This document shows positions 63,698-64,000 of a DNA stretch of 64,000 bases, piece by piece (position 1 is the first letter of the stretch; each line of letters begins with the position of its first letter). The stretch is from a virus. The stretch is taken from the IMG/VR virus record IMGVR_UViG_3300037137_001341, positions 1 through 64,000 of that record. One strand, 5' to 3'. The position numbers and the translations under genes are program-made. A model generated the notes under the pieces. That model ran no database searches. It had not been told where the DNA came from and saw only the letters and a program-made list of their open reading frames with translations.

Positions 63698-64000
63698 GCT
63701 GCCGCCTTCTGCTCGTACTCCCGCCGCAAGACCTCGTAGGCCACGTTGAACTTCTTCAGTCGCTCGACGTTCAATGCGCGCTGCCGATCGCTCTGCGGCC
63801 GGTCGGCGTTGTACTTCAACACGAGCTTCCGGTACTGCCGCTTGATCTGCTCCCAGTTCGAGCGCGGCGGCATCTTCAGCGCCTTGAGCGCCATCGCCAC
63901 GGACATGCCGCCGGGAGCCTGCTGCGCCGGAGGCGGCGGGGATTCCTGACGGCCGTTGGTCCATCCCTCGGCGCGCTTCCTGGCCTTCGTCTCCCCGATG
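63694..64000 (-). CDS. J-domain protein, 5' end beyond the window; HPD replaced by NAD
   Basis: ALKAL...IKRQYRKLVLKYNAD...KKFNVAYEVL; frame open to the window edge. Confidence 0.75.
   Translation of the reverse strand, partial: IGETKARKRAEGWTNGRQESPPPPAQQAPGGMSVAMALKALKMPPRSNWEQIKRQYRKLVLKYNADRPQSDRQRALNVERLKKFNVAYEVLRREYEQKAAA

Noticed and set aside
1-64000. Many long antisense or alternate-frame ORFs (e.g. 12864-14138-, 39191-40495-, 55598-57070-, 56901-58109+)
   Set aside because: They are Arg/Pro/Ala-rich shadow frames expected at high GC, and they overlap better-supported genes with clear motifs.
1-64000. Stop-codon reassignment
   Set aside because: Recognisable genes are intact under code 11, and TAG, TGA and TAA all terminate them at sensible positions.

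Overview
This is a GC-rich (about 68% by eye), densely coding 64-kb segment of a large bacterial virus or virus-like element. The host is probably a myxobacterium, judging from a Polyangiaceae-style Gly/Cys-rich lipoprotein at 46864. I recognised no rRNA, CRISPR array, full-length tRNA, terminase, portal, HK97-type capsid or DNA polymerase. Layout: (i) 1-22.8 kb, mostly + strand: short cassette-like genes, an adenine MTase, many single-pass membrane proteins, four cell-wall hydrolase-fold proteins, four paralogs of an unrecognised 'GDGHTF...AKGTRFM' domain, an RNA end-repair cluster (CCA/poly(A) nucleotidyltransferase fused to a 2H phosphoesterase, a HAD phosphatase, a polynucleotide kinase) and an HNH-AP2 endonuclease. 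(ii) 22.8-47.5 kb: two divergent arms of small early-type genes leaving an AT-rich centre at about 38.8 kb. These carry a five-copy 20-bp promoter-like motif, a MoxR AAA+/vWA pair, a 51-nt tRNA top-half mimic ending in CCA, and eight mostly unrelated proteins that share an acidic-aromatic C-terminal tag (DAFSL/DAFDLD/FDWL). (iii) A 1424-aa tyrosine recombinase fusion. (iv) 52-64 kb, - strand: two glycosyltransferases, GroES, a YadA-head-like fibre carrying a fifth copy of the paralog domain, membrane proteins and a J-domain protein. The best candidates for undescribed biology are the tagged early-protein/AAA-vWA module with its own promoter motif, the tRNA mimic, and a modular spike/vertex family that hints at a large membrane-containing virion. 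All calls come from motif reading by eye; no database searches were run.
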